Assembly (NCBI GenBank): GCA_965178125.1
Contig: OZ237748.1
Location: forward strand, 930,001-994,000
Direction of reading: 5' to 3'
Source of the DNA: Bilabrum cf. latius
Taxonomy: Eukaryota
Length of the DNA: 64,000 bases
A program made the translations under genes and the position numbers. The notes below the pieces were generated by a model, which was not told where the DNA came from, searched no databases, and saw only the letters and a list, made by a program, of their open reading frames with translations. Position 1 is the first letter of the stretch; each line of letters begins with the position of its first letter. Below, piece by piece: positions 47,456-57,804 of the stretch.

Positions 47456-50400
47456 ATGTAAGATTGATGGATGCACCTTGATTATATTGTCCAGATGCCA
47501 ACTTCCAGTATCATGAACGGCCCTGAGCATGGGAGCGGCTGTGTCCAACAATCAGGCCATTGACACACGTGCACTGCAGTTTTATACCATTCAGCATAGT
47601 AGCATTATGTGATTTGTATTATTTGGTTGCAGGGAAGATAAGCTGATGGACGCTGCCGAGAATGGCAACATAGCCGATCTGACAGTTTGCCTGGATCTGG
47701 GAACGGACATTGAACATAAAGATGCCGTAAGATTGGGGATCGCCGATGGCATGATGAGCTTAAGAAGCATACTATAGTAACCATTCGGTTGGATTATAAG
47801 TAAATATCAGCGGAGCTTGCCTCCAATTGACTGTAGTAGAACAATCAACCGCCATACTATGTGCTACTGTGTTAGATTTAGCCGTAGGTTCCCATTCATG
47901 GATATTTGGAATTTTATGATTGGTATTGAACGCAGCGTGGGCGCACAGCAGCATGGTGGGCTGCTTTCGAAGGACACGCGGACAGCCTGTAGCTTCTCAT
48001 TAAGAGGGGCGCTAACGTTAACGCTGCCGACGGGGTGAGGCAATTAGAGGCATCATGGCTGGGAATCATTAATAGTGCTATAGAATTGCTCATCTTGATC
48101 GCATATAGCGTTGTTGGGTGGTACTTTTTGATATTTTATGGAAACGCATCTTCATGGATGTGCTGGGCAATTGCGATTGTCAAGCCGTATCGATTGTTTA
48201 CATACTTGGGCCACTACTACTTCAGTAATGACTAACTTCCGCTGGCAGCATGTTCGCATTCAACATCCAACCCAAATATCTAGAACAGTACGGCATCACA
48301 CCGGCGCACGCGGCAGCCGAGAATGATAACTGCAAGTGCCTCCGGCTGATTGTGCAGCATGGTGGAGATACGAATGCACCAAACGGTGTGAGAAAATGAT
48401 ATAGATATTGCCTTAAGTGCCTGGATTTCGAGACCAAAATCGCTGTCCAGAAATGGAATAGAGCAGCAAGCTACATGATGGGTTTAGAACCAAGGCAGAT
48501 TCCCTTTGTTTGCTCTGGATGGACTTATATATAGTTTCACGGCCAAGATGTGCTTCAGCTCCTCTGTATTTATGTATATTAAGCTAGTTTTGTATAAATG
48601 CAACCCTCAGGATGGAGACACCCCGCTTCACAAGTCAGCTTACTATGGATGCTCCGTTTGCGCAAGCGTTCTCATGGAAGCAGGGGCCCACAGGGGCGCA
48701 AAAAATCGAGTGAGGTAGTCTGCGTGATCATCAATCCATTTACATCCTCTGAAATTTGCATAAGGATCGATTGCCTACGCTATTGACAACACCAAGCGGA
48801 CTCGCTCCCACGTCAATCTAGCAGCTTGGAAAAACGCCTGCTGACCGGGCAGATTCGAACGGCAAGACAAGGACTGGTGCATTCATTCGGTTGTATTCAA
48901 GTAAACTCCATGCCAGCGGTAGGGTTGCCGCTCACGGCGGGGCTTCAGGGAGTAGGGGCAGCACCGTTGGCGATGTAGCTACAGATGAGTTGCGTCGTGT
49001 AAAATAGCAGCTGGCGAAGTGCAAAGCCCAGGCGCGTGCCGATCACAAGCGGCTGAGAGAGCAGCGCGAGCAAATCAAGGCTGCGGCTGATAGGGAAGCA
49101 TGGGTAGCTAAATAGCATCACATGTACATGGAGCAAGCTACTGAGCGGCACCGCAAGGCGTTACAAGTCCGGAGCTAGCAGTATCGGCGTGCATTGCAGA
49201 CCAAATCCAAGTAGTGGCGCAGTATAATAGACGAACTTGAGGAGGAATACCGCATTGGAATGTCCGCCAAAGATTAGTAGCTGGCACAGCTCCAGGCTCA
49301 GCTCAATGCTCCAATCTATCGTACCCCTTTTGGGGAAGCATGCCACGCGCTGGTCGTCGATGTGGAGGCGGGGCAGCTGTCCAGCCTTGTAGAGGGCATG
49401 GGGGACGATCCTGCAGCCATCGGGAGGGCGCTGCGGGCCCGGCTTGGGCTGGACGGTGGAACGATAGACGATGATATTGAGGGGCAGCTGGCTCTGAGCA
49501 TGGGTCGGCATCGTGCTGCGTAGCAAGACCTGGAACTTGGGGCCGTGGCAGGTGGGGACTGGTTCGGGCATCTGCATGGCCAGTTGAAGTACGCCGTCGA
49601 TGGCTATGGTCGTCTGGATCTCGGGACGGTGCTGCCGCCCGAGGAGTTGGAGACTGGGCTCATCGGCGGGCGAGGTCGAGTGATAGAGGCAGGGCCGGCC
49701 AAGCGGCGCCCCGGCCGCGCGTCTGTCTTTGCTGCTGGGCAGCTGCCCGACTCTGCCTCGATGGCCGCGATCGAGGCCGGGCGCATCCCTCCGCTGAACC
49801 TGCCAGCGGGCAAGGAGGGGGCAAGTCAAGGAGTCAACGGCTTCGTGTTTGCGGTGGAGGTGGCGCGGCGTGGGCCAAGGGGTGCCGGCATGGCAGGGGC
49901 AGAGGGAGGGGCTGGGTCTGGGAGTCGATCGCCCGTGCGGCTGGCGCTGAAAGGACTGCTTCCATTCGCGCAGGGCAACTCGTACTACTCGGACCGCGTG
50001 ATCGGGCAGCACCGTGAGGAGTGGAGGGTGCCTCAGGTGGTGGGCGGGCACAGGAACATCGTGCCAGTTAGACACGCGTTCTTCGGTTCTGCTATGCTGT
50101 TGCTGCCCTGGGTGGCCACGGCATTTGCGTAGGAAGGACAGATCGTGAGGCGCACCACCTGGCTGGCCATGCCCCTGTACCCCACGAGCCTGAAATCGGC
50201 TGCAGGGGACATGCCATGCACGGGGCCCAGGGAGGCGGCGCTGTGGCTGCTGCAGGCACTCGAGGCGATCTAGCACATGCAGACGAGGGGGGCGGTGCAC
50301 CGTGACATCAAGGCGGACAACTTCTTCCTGGCCGGAGATGGACGTCTGGTGCTGGGCGATTTTGGAGCGGGCTGTCTGCTCTTCCACGGGGGCAGGGCAG

Positions 50401-51536
50401 CTGACCTGGAGGTGGAGTTCCAGGAGAGGCAGCGGCAGCAGTCACAGGATCACGCGGCCGCTGTGGGTGCGGGTCCAGGGGCAGCTGACCCCGAGATGGG
50501 GACAGGTGGTGCGGCAGACGGGAGCGATGTGGCGGAGAACAGAGACGGAGTAGAAGTAGAAGAAGACGAAGAGGAAGAGGAAGAGGAACAAGAGGAAGAC
50601 GAAGGAGAAGCCGATGGGACGCAGTGCATTCCCCGGGAGGCATTCGAGCAGGCGGGTGAGGGATCCAAACACGCTCCCTTCACCATTCCAGCGATCAATT
50701 AGGGCGGTGCGGGTGACAGTCGATCCCCCGAGCTGATGGCCATGGGCAAGCTGAAGGTCACCAAGGACTCGAGAGGAAAGCTGCTCGAGACGCTGGCCCA
50801 GGCCTACGAGATGTCCGATGCGTGGGCCGCGGCCAAGACCGTGTGGGGGCTGCTGGCGCAAGGGGATGCGGCTGCGTCTGCCCTCCCCGGCAACGACAGG
50901 CTGTACAAGGACTCTGCCATCCCGAGGCTGCCCCAGGCCGGCAGGGAGCTGGAGGCCATCCTGAGGGGGCTGCTGCAGTCATTGCCCAGGAATCGGCTGC
51001 GGCCCGAGAGCGCCATTGCTGCCCTGCGAGCCCTGCTGTACGGGCCCGGGAGCTGGGAGCAGGTGGAGCGAGCGGCTGGGGAGGATGAGGCTGCGAGCGG
51101 TGGGATGATGGGCGGGTCCAGCGGTGGAGTCACTGGGGCTGCTTCGGGGGCGGGAGCGGGGGATGCTGCATCGGCGACAGCAGCGGGTGCTGAAGCGGTT
51201 GGGTCTGGGCTGGTGGAGCTGGTCCACGGTCAGATGCGGGAGTGCGCGGCTGTGGATGCGGGGCGCACGGGGGTGGAGGGCGTGCCTGCCGCTGGTCTAT
51301 CATGGGGCCTGGCTGGGCCTGCTCCCATGGTGCGGCTGCCGATCGGGGAGGAGGCGTATGAGGCATTCGGGTGGGGCGAGCGGCGATGTGTCCAAGGAGA
51401 GGCGAGCCTGTGGGACCAGTTCCTGCGGCGGGAGGTGCTGCTGCGGGGGGGCGGGCCGGATGGGTCTGCGGCTTGCATGGCCAAGGACTGCGGGGAGCTG
51501 GTGGAGGCGGTGAGGAGGTTCGGGCAAGGAGAGTGA
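47456..51536 (+). CDS. Ankyrin repeats + coiled coil + PINK1-like Ser/Thr protein kinase
   Basis: Exons 47456-47457 (AT), 47633-47726, 47936-48034, 48289-48387, 48611-48709 and 48825-51536. Kinase motifs SQGVNGFVF, LALK, HRNIV, HRDIKADN, LGDFG, GG.G...SPE, DAW. Eleven in-frame TAG; ends in TGA. Confidence 0.85.
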
Positions 51537-52491
51537 TTCAGTTATGCCCACATCGTCCCTCGGCTCGTTGTGCATTGCTTTGTGTGGTTGTTATACCGGG
51601 CCTTCTATCTGATGCAATGCACAACGAGGAGGGGAACGCTGAATTTCCATTGGGCCTTCTATCTGATGCAATCCATAGTAGCTCAATGGAAATTCAGTGT
51701 GTCGCACCTTGCTCTCCTATCGCATATGGATACACCTGGTACGTAGTGCCGCGTTCGACTTACATGAGACTGCCGATGCTTCTGAACACAGCATCGGGAT
51801 GGGGGGATTGTGTATCAGACGTGTCGAAGACTGGTGTCCAAAATCGAGTTAGGACATGCGACGCTGAGATGCCCCATTAGGACACAATCCGGTGTCCAAT
51901 TCTTTCCTCCGAGAATATTTGCCGTACAGCTCTCAAAATTTCCCAAAAATTAGAACTGCCCAAGATCTACGCAAAATTGGCCTCAGATGTGAGCACACGA
52001 AAATGTGGATGCCAGGGGCACTTCTTACAGTCACTGTGGCATACCTCGGGGAACCGCAGACCTTTCTCAACACAATATTACGTACAGATGCCATCATTAA
52101 AACGGAAAGCTGCCGAAGTAAAAGCAAAATAGTGCCGAATAGACAAGTTTAGGAGAACAACTGACTTCCACGGGCTTCTATCCGACAAGGATTAGGATTA
52201 GGGGTACTGAGATCACACGTTGTACACAGCACCCTAATCTCGCAGACAGTCACACATGGTTGCAGTTGGTTTCCTCCGAGAGCCCATCCTCAAAGTTACC
52301 AAAAAAGAAAACTGGCCTGAGGCGCTGGGGACGCAGCAGCGGCCTCCCGAGCCCCGCCAGAAGATACAGAATTGGACCGGCTCTTTGATGCCGCCCGACG
52401 TTCAGCGCGCTCAGTACGCTGCTATGATGCCTTACTTGAATCCATAGTATAGCAAGAGGTTAAGAAGCGAAAACTGGCGAACGCTGCCCCT

Positions 52492-52898
52492 CAGCGCCCG
52501 AATAGCACGCGGCTTGATTGCCGCTCGAGTCTAATTGTGACCTCTCAACTTCCACATCCGCATGTGGTCGGTGATCCGATCCCCCTGATCCGAGTCACTC
52601 GTCACACATGCCCAACCCACACCTGCCCGGCCTGTGCCTCCCCCTTCCTATCCGCCTCATCAACCCAATGACCCCACCGATCATCTTCTCTTCCACCATT
52701 TCCTCCCCCGTTCCGGTGAACCGTCGTCCCCCCCTCCCTTTGCTCTACCCTCCCCCCCCCTAGCTGCCCTCTCTCTCTCTCTCTCTCCCTCTCTCGCACT
52801 CCTCCGCATCGCTACGTCGCATCTGAGCCTGCTCCTCGAGCGGGTCATGCGCCCACCGAGCGACCTCAATCTCAGAGACCTTGCTGGCCTCACCAACG
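52492..52898 (-). repeat. Dispersed repeat family, copy 2 (inverted relative to copies 1 and 3)
   Basis: Reverse complement of 7046-7490. About 100 bp (52492-52600) is nearly identical. Confidence 0.85.
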
Positions 52899-52899
52899 A

Positions 52900-53878
52900 A
52901 GAAGTCACGGACTAGCGGGCTAACAGGTTATTTCAAAGCTCTGGACAAGATTGAACAGATCATTAGGGCGCTTTAGCCAACAAGTTCTAGCAGTTCGTCG
53001 GATATTCGTACATAGAGCAGCTGTCGAACTCTGCAAGTGGAGGCAAGGATCTGTTCACATCTGCGAGAATAGTCGAAGGATTGTGCTTCGCCTCATCGTC
53101 GAAGAGGGCCTTTCTATCGACAACACTGACTTCGTGGGCTCTGCTTGGAGGAGACTGAGGGCAGAAGTACTCACCTTTCTGCAGTCTGTAGATGAGACGG
53201 AGAGACCGCAGGTGCAGTACTTCCTTCAGGCCATGTGTGACATTGCAGCCCTTCTGCATGTTTCTAGCGAAGTCAAAAGTATATTTTCTATTCTTGCGTA
53301 CGTATCGGATGGTGCAAGGTACGGGGCTCGTAAAATCATCACAGTGGAGCGGCTTCTGCTGATGCGGTGCAAGCTGTTAACACAAGCACTTGCTCGCGCA
53401 GTGGGTCCGAGCATGGACAGCAGAGGCTGGCCTTGCACCTGGTGCAATTCCGCACATTGAGAAGGAACTCTTCAAGCAACCTGCTAAGAAGAAGAGAGTT
53501 GAAAGTACGGCAGCGCACATCCGGCAAGAAGCAGAAGAAGACGAGACCAAGGCAGCCGAGGGGTATCTCGATATTGCTGTGCCTGACACCTTGAACGAAG
53601 TTGAGTTGGAAGTCGCCATTGCATTTGGAGAAGTAGCTGCTGGTGGAGATAGTGAAGCTGTGCGGATATTAGATGACTTGATTAGAAGCAATGATGAGGA
53701 GGGCGATACCAGCGATGATGATACCGATACCGAACTGGACGAAGATCCAGTTCCACGAGGCGGTGCTGCAGCTATGGAAGATGGCTCTGACGATGATACA
53801 ATCGAATCCAGCGACGAAGATGAAGGACACCACGCAGATGTTGAGATATACGAGGATTTAGACGATACATTCATGTAA
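52900..53878 (+). pseudogene. Frameshifted ORF remnants with an acidic C-terminal region
   Basis: Overlapping frames 52951-53460 and 53390-53878 (PAKKKRVE, D/E-rich tail) follow repeat copy 2. No recognisable domain. Confidence 0.35.
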
Positions 53879-54227
53879 CGTGCCTGGGTGGGCCGCGTCG
53901 CACTGTGCATGTGTCACGGGCGCGTAGCGACTCACGATGTGTCGGGCCTTTGCATTTAACAGCCCCGCAGGGCCCATTTTTTTGATTAATACCACTATAC
54001 AACTACATTTTCTGTTCAAAAACAATAGGACACAGTTTGAGCAAAACTGCGGCCAATAGGACACAATTTAATAGGACATCGACCCCGATTTTCTGACATG
54101 TCTGTTGTGTATCCATGCAAGGATTGGTTACCCTCTCCAATTCCCTTAAGCTACTTATCGAAACCCAGGACCCCTCCCACCTCTCCCCCCCCCCCCACAT
54201 CCCTGCCCTGCCTGTGCCCCATGCTTC

Positions 54228-54290
54228 ATCCACCCCGTCCACCCCGTCCACCTTGTCCACCTTGTCCACCTTGTCCACCTTATCCACCTT
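54228..54290. repeat. 9-bp tandem repeat (TCCACC(C/T)(C/T)G), ~7 copies
   Basis: Directly visible. Confidence 0.85.
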
Positions 54291-54420
54291 TCCTCCATTC
54301 CGCCCACCCCCTTGTCCCTTCACCTCAATCATGCCACACGACTTGTCGACTCGCCCGAGCGCTGTACCCAGCTCGCGACCTCAGCCTTACCTTAGAGGTG
54401 CAAGCCCCTCACGCGCTATT

Positions 54421-54753
54421 GGTTAGTGAGACTAGCAGGGTTTTTGAGATTGAGGTCGAGCGGTGGTCTCAAGACCGGCTCGAGTTGCAGGTCCAGATGC
54501 GATGCTGCGACGCGGAGGAGAGAGAGAGCGGTTGATGAGGCCAGGTCAGTGATGAAGAGCAGGAACGGCGGCAAGGGGCGGGCGAGGGTGGGATCAGGGC
54601 GGAGTAGAGAGGGGTATAGTGGTTCACCAAGCGGGTGAGGGAGTAATGGAGGGAGAGGAGATGGTTGGTGGGCTCATCCGGTTGATACAGCGGATCGGAA
54701 AGGGGGAGGCACAGGCCGGGCAACTGGAGGTGTGGGCATGTGTGTGACGAGTG
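54421..54753 (+). repeat. Dispersed repeat family, copy 3 (diverged)
   Basis: Collinear with 7046-7385. Similarity stops at GTGTGACGAGTG (54742-54753). Confidence 0.75.
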
Positions 54754-55465
54754 CCACACCAACAGAGAATGCATGCATCATCATCAGTTCGAGCCGAGCA
54801 CGAATTTGGACAAGGCGCAATCAAACATAATCATATTCATACTATCTGGATTTTGAGTTTCGAGACACCGTGGTGAGACCCCTTCAAGATACATTCGTTC
54901 GTGCCTCACACTCGCGCCTTCGTTCCGAAAAGTAAGCACCGCTCTATCGACGGACAATTCAAAAAACGCAAAATATGTCAAGTTCATCAAGTCTTGATTT
55001 GGATTTCGCCGCTCCTTCGCTAGAAAGTGCCCGACAGGCGTTCATTCCCACTTGTATCAACCCCGGGCCTTCTCCCGACTGCAGCCAAAGCCCGCTTTAG
55101 CTCAGCTTGGACGTGAAAACGTGGGGGAATGACGCTTTCCACATTTCCAAATCCGTACCATGACCGCTTTGGTCTAGAGGTTCCTACTGGTAGTACGCCG
55201 TGATGCCGTCCGGTCCACTGCCTCTGCCAGGGAGAGAATATCGCAGGTGATTGATTGTGGTGACTCCTAGCACGTATGATTCAGCTCGAAAGGTATGAAT
55301 CTTGCAATCAATTCAATTCAAGCCGTTCAGCGAAGACGCATCACGCTTGCACGTGCGCCAACAAGGCAAGAGCGGGTTTCGCCGTGATGCCGGATTGGCA
55401 TCGTTGGGAACCGGATCGCACGCCATATGTGCTCTCACGACCGCCGTACAAAAGCACACCACTCT

Positions 55466-57145
55466 TCACGGCTTCTGGGACTCGCGCACATATTCAAACA
55501 CTTTCTTAAAGGCGTCAGTCGGGTATCCCTCCGGGATCAGCGGGGGGGTGGAGAAGAGCGCTCGTTCAAACGTATGCCAGATACCATGGCGCGAGGCCTG
55601 CTGCCGCAGGATCAAATTGCCCGATTGTAGGTCCAGCACCCTGGCCGTGGGACGCATGTAGGACGTGTCGGTGCTCCACAGATACACCCCGCTGTCCATG
55701 TCCACGAGAGCAAGATCCCCCACGCGGTCGCACTCATCCCCCGTGATGACGAGTGCGCACTTCTCGGTCTTGCCCTTCGTCTCTGATTTCCAGGTCTTGC
55801 CTCCCTCTGCGAAGGTCTCCACAAGGTCGCAATCGGACTATAACGTTAGAGAGGCGTCCTTGTTGTCCAATTGCAGCATATGGCCCTTGCGCATGATCTC
55901 ATCGTCCCACAGTGACTACCCAATGGCGGCAGGTCGCTTGGCGAGCGCCTTTGGATCGCAGTGAGGGCGATTCCCATTGATGGCCGCCTGCAGCGCAACC
56001 GTCTTGAGACCGTTGCCGAAAGTCTCGTCTTCGTCAGGACCATCCAGGTCTTCTGACCCCGTAGACCACACGATCGCATTTCCCTGCTGGTGCAGGATAA
56101 CATTTCCATCCCCCTGCACACGAAGGGTATCTGCACCCGGGTCCATCAGCGAGGTGGGCACCCGCCAGATGTACTGCCCGGAGGCGCTGTCCACGATGGC
56201 CAGGTCGCCCTGTGTATCGCACCCGTCCCCCGTGATGACGAGTGCGCACTTCCCCTCGGTCCCCTTGCCCGCCGTGTGGGTCGCAAACACCGCCTCGCCC
56301 TCTCGGTGGACCACCAGGTTGCAGTCTCCCTGCATGCGCAGCTCGACCCCCTCCTCGCCCGCCTTCAGGGCGGCCCCGGCTTGCAGCACCTGCCTTGGAG
56401 ACAGCACGTCGCCGCCGGTCACTTGGTTGTATGATGATTGCAAGGCCCCAGCATCGCAATGCAAGCTATGCACGTCCTCCCGCACCTCCAGATCGAAGTG
56501 GAACTTCCCGAAACCCTGCTTCGTGTCGTAGTAATCGGTGCCCCAAAGCGGCTTTCCGCCTTCGTGAAAGAGTACAGCATTGCCATCCCCCTATGCCAGA
56601 AACGTGTCCACTTCTGGTGTAAAGATAGAGGATTGCACCCGCCAGAGGTACATGCCCGTATCCGTGTCGATGATGGCCAGGTCTCCTTGCGTGCTGCACG
56701 ACGCATCCGTCAAGAGCAGCGCGCAATGCTCGGCATGAGCCTCGGTGTCGCCCGAAACGAACGAACCCAGTTTGTCATTGCGAATAACGACCAAATTGCA
56801 ATCTTTCCGCAGCCGCACTACTGTCGAACCTTTGGACAAGGCATTATCGAATGGGCCCGCGGCAGAGTGCAGAATCTCGCCTCTCTGTAGCCTGTCACCC
56901 TTTGCTGGCTTTTTCCTCGCGGCCAAGGCGCTCACATCGCAGGAATATATGCTAACTTTATCAAATTTGAAGTCGAAAATTGAGTCTTTGCGGCTATGCT
57001 GCCTGCTGCTGCTGGTGGGGATAGAGACCGACGACATCATGGAGCCAGCGCTGCGAAGGTGCTGCTGGCCTTTTGCTCGTCGCCCGTGCACAGTGACCGC
57101 CGAGCAGGCGACAAGAGCTAGTAAAATGGAAACAATTAATTGCAT
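55466..57145 (-). CDS. Secreted 559-aa protein with three tandem bulb-type (GNA-like) lectin domains
   Basis: Signal peptide MQLIVSILLALVACSAVTVHG. Motifs LRMQGDCNLVV, VQGDGNVIL, QGDLAI.D....Y.W. Three track ORFs join in one frame through TAG at 56591, 55916 and 55838; ends in TGA. Confidence 0.8.
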
Positions 57146-57804
57146 TCTTGCAGATTACTTTGTGTTGATGCAGTGGACGGCAAGGGGACGAGCCGGAATC
57201 GGGGCCAGATCCCCGCGAGGCTACACAAGGGGGGGTGAATGGCTCGGGGTGAATGACTCCAAAAAGGGGTGCACCCCCCCACCCCACCCCCAGCCCCTCC
57301 TTTGACCTGGCCTAATATGCATCCACTCAACAATTTGACCAGATAACCGGTTTGTATACATTATTTAAATGATTCTAACACCGGATGGGGTTCTGTGTTG
57401 ATGCCAGAGTGGGAGCGCGTGAATGTCTCGTTGGGTTCCGATGGCGGTTGCGACTGGGAAGGTGCGACCCAGCCAACAGGTTGCTAGCGATGACGCGCAT
57501 ACCCTCTCTGTGTTCAGGAGAGGGACGGAGATTGGGCAATTTTTGCCCACCCTCCCAACCCCCTCCTCCTCGGCGGAGTAGTGCACGTGCTCTTCCCAGC
57601 CCCGGTCAGTCCGGTCAAGGGTCGCGCACAGGCACAGCTTTGTCAGGTCTTGCCATGTCTGATTGTTAACGAGACTAGGTTGCGCGTACACTCTGGCATC
57701 AATACTATTGTGGTGTTATTTGCCTAAATGGTGTCCTTGCAAAGTGTAGTTGAAACTGTTAGGATGAGTCAAATTGTCAATCCGCCGTACGAAAGCAACC
57801 CCCT

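Larger units (their letters stand above)
733..54753. other. Dispersed 12-mer GTGTGACGAGTG / CACTCGTCACAC, ~39 exact copies plus roughly 20 near-matches
   Basis: Plus strand e.g. 733, 760, 1144, 1321, 1723, 1903, 1921, 2167, 23641, 25911, 26558, 27949, 31469-33266 (10 copies), 34133, 34163, 36375, 36830, 37133, 37904. Minus strand 19968, 32712, 36208, 36223, 36708, 36888, 37197, 37771, 52596. Confidence 0.95.

Noticed and set aside
28544-50387. Long antisense or alternative-frame ORFs (e.g. 28544-29761 +, 32503-33627 -, 49161-50387 -)
   Set aside because: Shadows of GC-rich genes on the other strand, with no motifs of their own.
48825-51536. Pyrrolysine or programmed read-through
   Set aside because: Eukaryotic intron-containing genes, up to 11 TAG per gene including adjacent ones, and no shared downstream context.
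36299-55918. UAG=Glu (EF-hand position 12 at 36299; TAG opposite GAG at 55916)
   Set aside because: Both sites are in degenerate or diverged contexts. They are outweighed by two TAG/CAG paralog pairs, two lectin QxD positions and the poly-Q context. Not formally excluded.
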